This document shows, one piece after another, positions 26,410-39,100 of a DNA stretch of 64,000 nt. The stretch is from Camelus ferus. Taxonomy: Eukaryota. Positions within the stretch are counted from its first letter, which is position 1. The number at the start of each line of letters is the position of its first letter. A program made the position numbers and the translations under genes. The stretch is from the NCBI RefSeq assembly GCF_009834535.1, contig NC_045698.1, positions 7,442,001 to 7,506,000 of the forward strand, in the 5' to 3' direction. The notes under the pieces are model-generated. The model was not told where the DNA came from and did no database searches. It saw nothing but the letters and a program-made list of their open reading frames with translations.

Positions 26410-26467
26410 TTTTCTTTTTCTTTTTTAACATTTTTTATTGATTTATAATCATTTTACAGTGTTGTGA
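26410..26467 (-). mobile_element. Extremely truncated young L1 3' terminus
   Basis: T tail plus aacattttttattgatttataatcattttacagtgttgtg. Perfect 14-bp TSD GGAGATGTTTTCTT (26396-26409 and 26468-26481). Confidence 0.85.
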
Positions 26468-27244
26468 GGAGATGTTTTCTTGTGTCTGTTTTTCTCTTGG
26501 TCCTGTCTTCTGATATGCCTGGAAAAAAATTTTTTTTGAATAATAGACGCTGTACATGCAAAACTGAAGTAGCTCTAGATGGTGTTATCTTTCTCCAGAC
26601 AGGATTTAATTTGTTTCCGGCAGCCAGAGTAGGGCTGATGATAGTAGGTTAGGTGGGTCTTTGCAAGGTCTGGTCTGCCTTGGGGTTATGTTACTTTAGG
26701 CCTAGCCCTTTAGGATTCCTGCAGAAAATGTGGCATGTTTAACAGTCTTGTCATCCTTGGCAGGCCATGAACTCCAGTACTGCCTCCTTAACCTCTGAGA
26801 TGTGATCAGTTCTGTGTCCGATCATAGCTGCCACTCTCTGCTTGGTTTCTCAGTCTCTCAGCCTCGTGAATCAGCAAATACCATGATGGGAAAAGTGATG
26901 AGGATGGAGTGGAGGCTTATCTCAGGGCCTTCCCCTTCTTTCTGGGACACTGGGCCTGGAAATCTTGGCTGTCTTGGAAGTCTGATGCTTCCAGATAGAT
27001 TAAAAAAAATTATTCAGTCTTACTTGTTCTCAGTAGAAGAGTGGGTCTGATTGAACCCAGCTTTTCACAGCGGAAAGTGAAAGTTCCTGTCATTTTCCTT
27101 TTCACTTTCTTTATACTGTTTTGCTGACAAGGTGTAGATTTTGGTTTAGTCAGATTTATCTGTTTTTTTGTTTATGGTTTCTGGCTTTGCTCTCATGCTT
27201 CAAAATGCTTTTTTAAAGCCAAGTTTATAGAAATAGTTATCTAT

Positions 27245-27548
27245 TGTCAAAGGAATGAATTCAGTGAGCCCAAATGTTTGCTCCCTCCCATACATAGAAA
27301 AGAGCTAAATTCTTTAATTTGAGATAACCTGGTTTTCTTTAGTTAACAAGTAATCTTTTATTGTTCCAACTACCTGGTCTTTGTTGTAAAGCTCCTATAT
27401 ATCCTAGCTCCTCCCCTGCCTCTTTGGAGCAGTCCCTCAGAGCCATCTGAGAGGCTGTCATCCCAGGCTCGAAGGGGTTCGAGTCTTCAGAATTGTCCAC
27501 TGAATAAAACATAACTCTCAAAACAAACAAACAAAAAAAAAAAAAAAG

Positions 27549-27595
<47 letters not shown>

Positions 27596-27600
27596 CAGAC
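27245..27600 (+). mobile_element. Partial ERV1 LTR (U3-R only) with an A-rich/(GAAA)n tail
   Basis: Aligns by eye to the reverse complement of the 804-1274 LTR. AATAAA at 27503-27508, LTR sequence stops at 27520, then an A-rich tail. Confidence 0.85.
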
Positions 27601-28423
27601 TGACTTATCTAAATTTTCTTCCAGTGTTTTTATGGTTGTATGTTTAATGACTCATTTTGGCATAGGACATGAGATAAAGATCCAACCTGACTTTTTTTCC
27701 ATATGGCTAGGGCATTTGTCCAACACCGTTAACTGAGTAATCCATCTTCTGTGAATATCTGAAATACACTCTTTTTTGTTAAGTACATACTGTCTCATTA
27801 ATATTTTACTTTGCTTACTAGTGATTTTTCTGTTCTTTATCCATTTAAGGTGCTGGGCTGTTGGTATACTCATGCTGATATTTAACACATTTCTGTGAAT
27901 GTTTAAATAATCCTGTATATGTCATTAATTTGGTTGCTGTTTTTAAATTTCCTTCTAATTTTGCTTATGGTTTTTTATGTAAATGGAAGTTATGTTTTCA
28001 TGTACAGTAATATTTTTATTTATTACTTTATTCATTGCTATGCTATTAAAACCCTTTCTTGTCTCAGTGAACAGTTTTAAGATGTATGTATGTATATATT
28101 TACTTTTGCTCTTTTTTTTGGTCTTTTTGATCTGTATTTTGATATATGAAGTATATATGTGTATTTTTCCTGCTTAATAATCAACTTTTCCAACAGTGTT
28201 GGTTAACTAACCCATCCATTTTCCAGATTATTCCTTAAATACACCTTGACCTTTAAAGAAAAGGGTATTATTTTGGGCCATCTGCTTAATTTTTTTCCAT
28301 AAATGTATTTCTTAAAAGTTCTTCTTAGTATTTTGTTTTCCTCTTTCCATTTAAAAAAATTGAGGTAAATTGACATATAACATTATATTAGTTTTAGGTA
28401 TACAACATAATGATTAAATATTT

Positions 28424-28862
28424 GCCCCTCTGTATCCACGACTCCCACATCCACAGTCAACCAACCACGGATCAAAAATATTGGGAAAACAGGGAGTGGG
28501 TTTATCGCCATGGTAGAGCACATGCTTAGCATACATGCGATCCTGGGTTCAATCCCGAGTACCTCCATTTAAAAAAAAAAAAAGGAAAAAAAATTCCAGA
28601 AAGTTCTAAAAAGGAAAACTTGAATTTGCTACCAGCTGGCAACTGTTTACATAGCATTTATATTACATTTATAGCCACTCACAGAGCTTCCATTGTATTA
28701 GGTATTATAAGTAATCTAGAGATGATTTAAAGTATACAGGTTTGTGTGTGTAGGTTATATGCAAACACTATGCCATCTTATATAAGAGCCTTGAGAGTCT
28801 GTTGATTTTAGTATCCGTGGGTGTCTTGGATCCAGTTCCCTGAGGATACCAGGGGACGGCTG
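28424..28862. mobile_element. MER2-like (TcMar-Tigger) non-autonomous DNA transposon
   Basis: gcccctctgtatccacg...ggtattataagtaatctagagatgatttaaagtatac...ggataccaggggacggctg|ta. It is the reverse complement of the copy at 39101-39418. Confidence 0.85.
28492..28582 (+). mobile_element. vic-1-like SINE inside the MER2-like element
   Basis: tggtagagcacatgcttagcat...gggttcaatcccgagtacctccatttaaaaaa. Flanks read ggaaaa on both sides. Confidence 0.88.
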
Positions 28863-29526
28863 TATTTTGACATGATCACCACAATAAGTCCAGCTAACAT
28901 CCATCACCGCACATGCACACAAATTTTTTTCCTTGTGATGGGAACTTGTAAGATTTTTTAGCAACTTTCACATATAAAATACAGTATTGTTAACTGGTCA
29001 CCATGCTGTACATTACATCCCCGTGGCTCATTTATTCCATAACCGGACATTTCTGCCTTTTGATCCTCTTCCCCCATTTTTGTTAAAGCCATGCACGGAC
29101 ATGGTAGAAAAGAAGATCTTGCAGATGGGCTTGTGTGAACAGCCGCAGCAGCGCCCCCAGGCCCTCTCCTCTCCTGTCTGCTTCCCAGGACTGACAGCCA
29201 TTCCCACTCCGCTCCTTCTGGCGGCCGCTCCCTGCGGATGTGCTGCTTACTCATCATGGGCGTCGTGAATTATCCGTTTGTGACGTTGCCATAGGCCCCC
29301 TGCAATGACAGAGTTTTTGCCAATGTGCACTACTCCCCCCACACCCCCTCACCAGTCAGACACATCCACCCATCACTTTTCATATTGATGGTTCTAACTC
29401 CTTATTGTTTTGTGCGTTCTCAGCTTATGGTTAGTGATGCTACAGGCTAGGAACTCCCGGGGCACTCGCCTCGCCCCATACTACCTGTGGCTTCCTCTGC
29501 AGACACTTCCCCACCAGGGCCAGTAT

Positions 29527-30026
29527 TGTGCCTGGACCAGCCCTCGTGGTTCTTAGTATGACTGCTAGACGCACTCCGGCAACAACCATCAGGAAACTTT
29601 GAAAAGAGAAGCTTTGTTACTTATAGGACTTGTAGGATACATGGCATGCCTGGGGCCACACAGCAGAGGCCTGGGGATGGGGGAGAGAGGGAGAGACAGA
29701 GAGAGAAAGAGAATGAGAACACCTGGGGTTCTGCCTTCACTGGCAGGGGCCCAGGGTTTCTTTGGGTGAATTTATTGGTGAACTTAAAAGAGTGGGAGTT
29801 AAAGTGCAGGAGGGGAAATAGTTGGTCCAGCGGTCAGCCATCTAGGTCACCTGGAGATTTCTAAAAAGGAAAACTCGCATGGGGCCGCCTGCCTCTTTTT
29901 GTAGTTGAACCACTGGCCGTGTGTTTATTTGAGATGGATGTCTTTGAAACAGATGCCCCAGCTGTCAGAAGCTGAGTGTCAGGCACTTATATTACAGTTG
30001 AAAAAACTAATTGTCAGGCACCTACA
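29527..30026 (-). mobile_element. Probable solo LTR (ERVL-type, family uncertain)
   Basis: About 500 bp, TG...CA bounded, with a GA-rich tract and a duplicated tgtcaggcac(t/c)ta motif near the end. Confidence 0.55.
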
Positions 30027-31479
30027 TTAAGCATATATTTTATTTCCACCTTGGTTTCTTTTGAATCAGCTCTAGTCAGTCTTTCTATACTTCTCTGTTA
30101 GGGAGGGACATGCCGGACCCCCTTTTATTGTGTCCTCATTGTATTTCTGTTGACAAGATTAATAACATTTCCATATCTAATCTGGAATTATGCTTAGGTG
30201 TATCTTGACTTTATCTGTTGATTGGTTCTAACAATTGGAAACAAGTAACGTTTGTATGACTAACAATGTAACTCTTGTTAGTTGAAGCATCAACTCGTGT
30301 GCTCTGACCATCTTTCTAAGGAATTTTTTTAAATGGCGTATATTTACTCTAGACTTATTTTTTGTTTCTTTCTTGTAGCTATTAACCCATATGTTTTTTT
30401 TAAGGCCAGTCTTAGCTTTTATAGCTGCTCAGTTGAAATTTGTAAGTAGCATAAGACATTTTCCCTGAACATCGTTTCAGGTATTAAAATTTTGCAGGTG
30501 AGGAAATCTCTGTACTTTCCACTCATTTTGCTGTGAATCTAAAGCTGCTCTAAATAGTAAAGTTGGTTGAAACAACAATGAAAAAATGTTACAAATATGT
30601 GTTGGGAGCATTTGATCAGCTGATGTGGTGCTGGTTTTGGAAAGACCAAAGGCACATGTCACTCTGAGTAAAAGACGGGAAACCAGAAAGAGAGTGGTGG
30701 CAGCTGTTCATTGGTTTGTGACTTAGAGGTGTGTTACATGCCCCAGCACCACATTCCTGTGGGTAACTCGTTCTTGTAACTGTAAAGGTCTCCTTAACAG
30801 GAAACTAGGAACCTGGAGTGGTAAGCGGGCTGCAAGCTGACCGGCCTGCTCAGAACCATAAGCTTAGGCCGGGCGCTCCCTGTTGTTGACGAGCGATGCG
30901 CTGGGCTGGTGTCAGTGGCCCAGACACTTTGTTTCTTTTGCATTCAGACTGTTTGAAGCAGCAACGTTCACATCGCAAGGCTCTCTTTGCAGAGTGTTTG
31001 TTCTATTCATTTCCCTAATCAGCCATGTTTTTTCTGTTTATTAAAAGCTGAGGTTAGCGGTGGCTGGAGGAATAAAAAAGCTAGGCAAATTACCAGGCAT
31101 TGTGTGTATTTTACTGCACCGTGTGATTAGATCTTATTTTTGCAAATGCACCAAACAATACCTGCGTCTACCATAAAGGTGCCTCTGACACGTTGCCCGC
31201 TTAGGCTGGGGATGGGGGCAGGGGCCATCTCTGGGCTTTTCCTTCTGAGGGTGACCAGAGACTTGCAGTAATGGACATTTCCGAGCAGGGAGAACACAGG
31301 AGTATGGGGGATGGAGGGAAGTCAGACCAGGAGGCAGGTGATCTGATGTGGGCTTCTGCTACCCTTGTAGGTGAGAGAGGCTGGACCCCTGGGTGTCATT
31401 CTGAGAGGGACTGAGGGGGGATGGTTGGGTGGGGGAGATGCTCGGAGGATGCAGGGCGAGTGTGGTGCTGGAGTGTCGA

Positions 31480-32116
31480 TGTATCAGTTTCCTATTTGTC
31501 ATAACAAATTATCACAAATTTGGTGATTTAAACAACAGAAATTTATCCTCTCACAGATCCGAAGTCTAGAAATCCAGAATCAAAGTGATAGCAGTTTTGA
31601 GGGGGAGGGTTATGTTGGGAGTTTGGGATTAGCAAATACAAACTACTATATGTAAAATAGATAAACAAGGTCCTACTGTAGAGCCCAGGGAAATATATTC
31701 AATATCTTGTAATAGCCTATAATGAAAAAACATGATATATATATACATATATATATAACTGAATCACTATGCTGTACACCAGAAATGAACACAATATGGT
31801 AAATCGACTAAACTTCAACTTAAAAAAGGAGACAACAGGTTCATGCTCCCTCTGAAGACCCGAGGGGAGGGTCCTTCCTTGCCTCTTGCAGCCTCTGCTG
31901 GCCCTGGGTGTTCTTGGCTGGTGGCCGCATCACTCCAGTCTCTGCCTCTGTCCTTGCCTGGCCTCCCCTTCTGTATGTTTGTGTCTCACATCTCCAGGAT
32001 GACCTCATCTCAAGTTTCTTAACCAAATTCCATCTGCAAAGACTGTATTTCCAAACAAGGACATGTTCACAGGTACCAGGGGTTAGGACTGGGGCACGTC
32101 TATTTTGGGGGACCCA
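31480..32116 (-). mobile_element. MaLR LTR (MLT1C-like) interrupted by a + strand L1 3' end (about 31597-31827)
   Basis: tgtatcagtttcctat...aaacaacagaaatttatcctctcacag, then L1 text (gagtttgggattagcaaatacaaactactata...gaatcactatgctgtacacc), then gctccctctgaag...catctgcaaagactgtatttccaaacaagg. Confidence 0.85.
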
Positions 32117-32421
32117 CGGCAGGCAGTTAGTAGGTGGATGAGGGAGAGAGCTGGTGGCTCAGATCCCTGAGGGGAGCAAGGCTTGTTCTCAGAAAAAGGG
32201 GTCTGGAGGGTGGGGTGTGCTGAGGTTGTGGTCGGTGGGGGTGGGTCACTGACGACCCCTCTGGAGATGAAAGGAATCCTCAGAGGTTCATCAGTGCCTG
32301 CGATGCAATGCCACCTTTCTGGGCTCATCCCTGTACCCCAACTGGATATTTTGTCCTGTCTTTTCTAGCTACCACCATCTGGATGATGGATGATTATGAC
32401 CCGGGAAAGCTGTCCATTGTT

Positions 32422-32543
32422 TTTTTTTGTTGGAGGATAGAGGTAGTTAGGTTTATTCATGTTTAATGGAGGTGCTGGGGATTGAACCCAGGACCTCGTG
32501 CATGCTAAGCACGCGCTCTACCACTGAGCTAGACCCTCCCCCA
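32422..32543 (-). mobile_element. vic-1-like SINE, long-tail type
   Basis: ggggattgaacccaggacctcgtgcatgctaagcacgcgctctaccactgagcta. TSD CCATTGTT (32414-32421 and 32544-32551). Confidence 0.92.
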
Positions 32544-33254
32544 CCATTGTTCATTTTTTACCTTCTTACTGAATGGGCAGGTGTGCGGTAGGAACCCAGG
32601 CCAGAGGCGATGGAGGTGCCAGGGCAGAAGAGGGTCCCCAAATCTGTTCCCTGCCACCAGAGGAACTGCACTCACTGACTCATGGAAGGGGCTGGAGGTG
32701 ATCCTGTTTTGCATGTACCTGGGGGAACAGATTGTTTTTGTCATAAAAGTCAGACAAACTGTTCCCGGCCAGAAAAAAAAAAAGCAAACCAAAACAAACC
32801 AACGAAACGACTTCATATGCACCAGTACCCTTTGAAATTAGCTACCCTTTCTACTACGAACCCTTGATTCAAGTTGCATATCTCTTGCGTATATGTGTGA
32901 TTCTTCTCTTAACTGACTTCAGATTTCTGGGTCCTCCTTTGTTTGCCAAGAAGACTGGGTTTTCTTGCTGTTTCTTTTTTTGGAAGATGACTTTGAAATT
33001 TTCTTAGGGCCCCCAGGTCAGAAGCCAATCACCCCTCCTTTTTCACCTCCCACACCCACCTGTCACTCCTGCCCAATCACTTCGGGGTTGTTTCCCTCTC
33101 AGCGCCTGGAGGCCCCTGCCTGACTCAGTGGAGTTCTCTCCACCTGGGCAACTGATGGGTGGCTGCAAATGGATTTCCCACCTCTGGTCCTGCTCTTCCC
33201 CATGCCCTTCCCAGCACTATCCATGCCTTGTTGCTTTTTAACCGTATTTTATGG

Positions 33255-35150
33255 CAATAGTTGTTTATTGAGGTATAATTTAATTTAGTACAGTATGCAA
33301 ATTCTAAATGGACAGCTGGATGACTTTTGACAAATTCATGCATTTGTGCAGTCACTGTCCCCCCACCTCCACACCCCAAGACAAAGAACATTTGCGTCAC
33401 CATCCTAAGTTTCCTCTCCGCCCTTCTGCCCAGGCCCTGCCCATCAGAGGCAACCGGCGATCAGATTTCTGTCACCACCGGCCAGTTTCACCAGCGCTGG
33501 CACTTCAGTGGCATCACACAGTGTGTGCTCTGGAGCCGGGCTCCGTCCATGCAGCACATAATGGTTTTGAGGTCTATTCATATTGTGTGTGAATCACCAA
33601 GTTGCTTTCTTTTCTTTTTTTTCTCCCCCATTTTTAACAGTTTTGTTGAGGTATAATTCATACACCATGTAATTTGTCCGTTTAAGCTCTAGAACTAAGT
33701 GTTTTTTGGCATATCCCATTATGAAAAAAATTTCATGCATAAAATATATAACATAAAACTCCCTGCTTTAACCGTTGTAACCAGCTTACAATTCCGTGGC
33801 ATGACTTACATTCACAATCTGGTGCAGCTGTCCCTGCTATCTATTTTCAAAACGTTGTCATCGCCCCAAACAGAAACCCTATAACCATTAAGCAATAACT
33901 CCTCATGCCCTCCTCCCCCTAGTTTTGGTGGCCTCTAATCTACTTTCTGTCTCTCTGAGTTTGTCTATTCTGGATATTTCACATAAAGGGACTCATACAA
34001 TATGCATCCTTTTGTGTCTGGCTTCATTCACTTAGCATAAGGTCTTCAAGGTTCATCCATGCTGTAGCATGGTATCAGAATTTCATTACTCATTTTAAAG
34101 GAATAATAGTCCATTATATGGAGGTACCCCATTTTGTGTATCCTCTCACTTGTTAATGGGCACAGGTTGTTCCTAACTATTGATACTGTGAATAAAGTCG
34201 CAGTGAACATGGCTGTACAAGTACCTGTTTGAGTCCCTGCTTTAAATTCCTTCGGGTGTATACCTCGGGGTGGAATTGCCGAGTCATTATGATAATTCTA
34301 TGTTTAGCTTTCTGAGTAATGACCAAACTGTTTTCTGCGCTATTTGTATTCCTATCAGCAGTGCCCAAGGGTTCTAATTTCTCCACAGCCTTTCCAACAC
34401 TTATCTTCTTTTTCTCTTTTCTTTTTTTAAATTATAGCCATCCGAATAGGCTTCTAGGATGTCGCGTGGTGTCTCATTGTGGTTTGGGCCGTTTGTATGT
34501 CTTTGGCCATTGTTTTATGTTATTGTTACTTTATTGAGATACAGTTTGCACACAGAGGAATGCATAACTTCACTACCCTAGAAGCTCCTCTCGTGTAAAA
34601 TCCCCTTCACTGTTTTTTATCACCACAGAGCAATTTTGCCTGTCCTTGGATTTCATTGAGCGGAATCAGACAGCATGTACTTTTTTGTGTCTCTCTTATT
34701 TCATTCCACGTAATGAGATCTGTTGGTATTGTTGCCTGTATCAACCGGTTGCTTTTTGGTTGCTGAGTCGTATTTCTAAGGTTGAGCATAGCAGAGTGTG
34801 CTTATCCAGTCCCCTGGTGATGAATATTTGGGTTGTTTGCAATTTCAAGCTTCCGTCAACATTCTTGCACACAGGTGGATATGACTTTATTTCTCTTGAG
34901 AACATACCTGTGAGTGGAATTGCTGGATCATAAGGTCGGCACGTAATGCATTTTATTAGAAACTGCCAGTTTTCCGACATGGTCGTTCTGTTTTACACTC
35001 CCATCTGCTGGGAGTCCCACACCCTCGCCAGCATTGGGTATTGTCAGTCTTTTTAATTTTAGTCATCCTCGTGGGTGTATGGAGGTATCTCAGTGTGGGT
35101 TTAATTTGCCTTTCCCTGATGACTAATGGTATCAAGAACCTTCACATTTA
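33255..35150 (-). mobile_element. Nested old L1 3' fragments (L1MB/L1ME-like)
   Basis: Several restarts of the L1 3' end (ttgaggtataatt at about 33270 and 33647). Reverse ORFs EKLEPLGTADRN and PYDPAIPL are ORF2p C-terminal motifs. Confidence 0.82.
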
Positions 35151-36396
35151 GAAAGGTTATAATTTAAATTTTTACATTAAAAAAAATCAAGTTAGAAGAT
35201 ATGAGTGAACACCTGGAGAACAGACATCTCTAAGCCCAGAATGTTCTGTTGAAGCCATACGCCCTGACAGCTATGAGTCAGACAGACAGATGTCAGTTTC
35301 AATCACTTCTTACATTACAAAAGAGTTGCCAAATCAGTTTAAAAAGGCGAGTGGGGAGGGCACATATTTAACGAATATTTTGGAAATAGAAAGAAGAAAT
35401 GGGGAGGCTCTCCCCTTCCACCCCTCCTCCCACCTGAAAGGGAGGTTTTAGAAAGAAAATCTGATTATGACGCCCCCTGCTTAAGACCTTGAGTGGTTCT
35501 CTGCTATCTTCAGCCCCAATTCAGACTCCTTAGCCCTCCATGTCAATCCTCGTGACTTTCTGACCTGTCACCTCCTCTGTGGGCAGTGGGTGAATCTACT
35601 TGTGACTTCCTCCCTTGCCCACAAGTCGTCAGCTCCCAGCCCTGGTACGTGCTTGTCCGACACCTGGACCACCACCCCATCCTCCCTGGCACCCTGGGCT
35701 CCCTGCCTTTGGCTGAAAGGCCCAGCTGGGTGCATGCTGGCTTTTCCCCCAGCCTGGACCTGTTTCCAGTCCTCCGCCCTCCCGTCCCTAGGGCAGGGCT
35801 CCTGATCATTGCTGACTTTCGTGTCTCTTTCCTCAGACTGAATTTCCTAAGGGGTAGGACTGTCTGATTTCAAAGTTCATCTTTGTCTTCTCAACGCCCA
35901 GCCCAGGTACCTGTAGACCAGCAGTACCAGCTTGTTGGGTGGCGACCAAATGCTCACGGTTGAAGGAGAAGGAGTTCTGAAAACAGTGTGACCCCCTCCC
36001 CCTGAGAGCCTGCTTTCCATTGCGTTTGTTCTGTTACACATTGTAGGATGAACACAAACCCCCAAATCTTGTGATCTCACCTCCTCTCTGTGGTCCTCTC
36101 CATCCCAACCCAGGACAAGAGGCCTGCCCTGGTGGGACCAGGAATGACTCACGGGGAAGGATCAGGGAGCAGGCGGCAGACAAGACCAGTCAGGCGGCAT
36201 TTGACGGGATGTTCTTGGCACGTGGGCTAGGACTGGGTGAGAATTTGATACAATCAGAATGAAAAGGAACCGGAAAAGCAAGCTGAGCTCTGTTTCTGGC
36301 ATCCCCGAAGAGGTGACTGAGAAGTCTGTACCCGAGGCTCCCAGGTGTAGTGACGGCCACCACCACTATCCATCTGAGAGCCCCAGCCTGCATCCT

Positions 36397-36552
36397 GGTG
36401 GTCCTCACACATTATGTTCTGTAGGCCTGCTGTGGGCTTGTGACAATGCAGGCTCTGATCCACTAGGTCTGGGCTGGAGCCCAACGTTCTGCATCCGTCC
36501 CAGGCTCCCAGGTACCTGCTGCTGGTCCAGGGACTCCCACTTTGAGTGGCCT
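36397..36552. mobile_element. MER5A-like hAT DNA transposon
   Basis: aatgcaggctctgatccactaggtctgggctggagccc...ctcccaggt..ctgctgctggtccagggactcccactttgag. Confidence 0.7.
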
Positions 36553-37270
36553 GGGCTGACCCTGCTTTCTTTGTAACCGAAACCAGTATTTGTACATTAC
36601 AGACCTAATATCTGAAAAATTGCCTTGAAAAAAGGAGAGTTTTGTTTATTACGAGTAGAACATACTGTTGTCTGAAAGCCCACAGCAGAATGGCAGGGTG
36701 GGAGCTTTGGAGTGAGAAGCACTTGGCAGAGTAGGTTAAATAACAGGGATTTCAATTCTTTGAGGCCGATGTCATAGACAACTTGGATTCTTTTCTTGAA
36801 ACTTTATGGAGCGTTTTTGCAAGAAGTTCGTAAAGCTGATCACAACCTACAGATCCTAAGAGGTCTGACTCGTTTTCATTTACTGATTGCTTGCTTGATA
36901 GTAGATTTATTTAAACTCTCTCCAGTTCTTTCCAGAAAAGGGCAAGCAGCAGCTTTCTCTTGCTTCGTGCTGTTTCCTCCCAGCCTACGAACTTGCCAGC
37001 GACTGCTTTTGCAGTTGAAGGAGCAGGAGACCGGGGAGCTTATCAGAACTTTCCTTTTCTTAAAATTTTTACATTTTCTGATTATTACACAGAAGTAAGT
37101 TCAGGGTTGGAAAAAAAAATGGGACTTTTTATTACAGAAAAGTATAAAGAAAAAGAAGTCACCTATACTGTCATTATCCAGAATCAATCACTACTGAAAC
37201 CTTGGTGCATTTCTTTCTAGTTTTTTTTCATGCATTGTTGATACATAATTTTACAGACTAGTTTATTAAA

Positions 37271-37350
<80 letters not shown>

Positions 37351-37355
37351 ACACA

Positions 37356-37386
<31 letters not shown>
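37271..37386. repeat. Compound microsatellite (TA)~18(CA)~24(TA)~14
   Basis: Directly visible. Confidence 0.97.
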
Positions 37387-37391
<5 letters not shown>

Positions 37392-37869
37392 AAATATATA
37401 CTTAATTTTATATTATAATTTAAGCCTTCCTCATGACCGAAATTCTTTATGTTTGGTAACATATAAAATTATATGATGAAACATGTTCTTTCTTTTTTTT
37501 TTTAACTTCAAAAGGAGAACGTCTTTGAAAAAAGGAAAAAGTAGCATTGTTCTCATTGTCTTCTGAGACTATGATGAGTCCTGACTTAAGCCCAGAGGGG
37601 ACATTTTCCTGTTGGTTTGTAGCATGAATTATATCTCACTGTAACTAGTAAACTACCTGGTAGATCTCAACGCTTGGTTATTAATGAAATACTAGTACAT
37701 TTTATTTAATTACGTATTTCTTTGTATAAGCATGTGTTCAACCTGAATCCAAGGATCCAGTTCCCAGGATCAGTTTATTAACGTAAATTGTTATTAAGAT
37801 GTGTGGGCCGCAGAAGGTTGTGATTAGATTTTGGATAGTGCATCCTTGGGACTTGCTGGTGTTTGTAGT

Positions 37870-38075
37870 ATTTATCTGACGCTTTCTGACATCACCCCAA
37901 AATATAGTGGCTTAGAAGATGGTTAGTATTTATTTTCTTTCATGGTTTCTGAGGCTCAGGAATTCAGGAGCAACTTGGCTGGGCAGTTTTGAGCCAAGGT
38001 CTCTCATGAGGTTGCCATCAGATGTCCACTGGGGCTGTATAATCGGAAGGCTTGACCGGGGCTGGAGGATCACTT
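37870..38075 (-). mobile_element. Old MaLR LTR fragment (MLT1F/G/H-like)
   Basis: caccccaaaatatagtggcttagaag...tcaggaattcaggagcaacttggctggg...ttgaccggggctggaggatcacttcc. Confidence 0.65.
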
Positions 38076-39100
38076 CCCTCGTGTGCAGAGAGGTCCACGC
38101 TCCTTGCGGGGGCAGCACACCCTGTGGGCGCTCTTGCTCATGGGAGAGGGCGGTTTCTGTTCATTCAGGTTTCTATGTATTTTGCTCTTCCTACTGTTCT
38201 TTCTCTTCTAAGTTCTCTGTTGAGCTTTGTGTATCTGTTGTAAAAATCCCAAGCTTAACTTCAGAGAGGTTAAGTGAACAAGTGCTGAGCGGAACATATT
38301 ACCGCCAAGTGCTAACCTCAGGCCAGCTGTTAGTTAACGGTGTGGTTTTCCAATACTGAATGCTTGTAAGGTGGCTGCGTGAGAAACACAGCCAGTAATG
38401 ACTTGGGGAAATTAGACGCGATTCTGAGATACACAGCCTTTGGATTAGGAGTGTGTAAAATTAGAATTAGACTTATTTGGCAAGATGTATATAAAACTGG
38501 ATTTCAGGAGAGACGATAGCTGAACAAAATAGTTTCCTCATATCATTAACAATCTAAAGTTAGAAACCCAAACAAGAGTTTTGCAGTGGTAATAATAACC
38601 ATTCACATTCTATGCAAAATTCACATTTTATGCAAAATTTAGTCTATAGGGGGATTGTTTTGAGTTATGACAACCTTAAATTTATCCACTCCTAATCTAA
38701 AGATGAGCCCTGCTGCTGAAAGAATTCTCCTGATATACCTTTATACATTTTATCTTTAGTAATGTTTGTTTTATTTCTTTATTTAAAGCAACTTACTAGG
38801 CATTTCTTTAAAGCAGGAAAGCATGAACAAAAAGTAAGTATCTCCTGTAACCCCACTGCCAATATCACTTTATTTGTATAATGAAAAGACGTGTGTGGCT
38901 TGAAAGGACACTGAAACAGATCCAAAAAAAAAAAAAAAGAATACTGCTTTAAAGGCCCCTCGCTCACAGTATGTGGATTGAAGATGGCCAATTAAATTTC
39001 TTATATCTTCTTTCAGAAAAGTAAAAGATCTTTCACAAACATCACCACTGCAGGAGCCACACATACATCTAAGAAGTTCACACAAAGATCATATCATATA

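Larger units (their letters stand above)
24050..28330 (-). mobile_element. Mosaic of old degenerate L1 (L1M/L1ME-like) pieces hosting younger insertions
   Basis: T-rich antisense L1-like text (e.g. atacctcattttaatatgtgcatctttgatgattagtgaggttc; caatttgggcaaattctctgccac). Individual pieces not resolved. Confidence 0.6.
28352..29070 (-). mobile_element. L1MA-like 3' end interrupted by a DNA transposon and a SINE
   Basis: attgaggtaaattgacatataacattatattagttttaggtatacaac... resumes at atgatcaccacaataagtccagctaacatcc...gtcaccatgctgtacattacatcccc. Confidence 0.82.
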
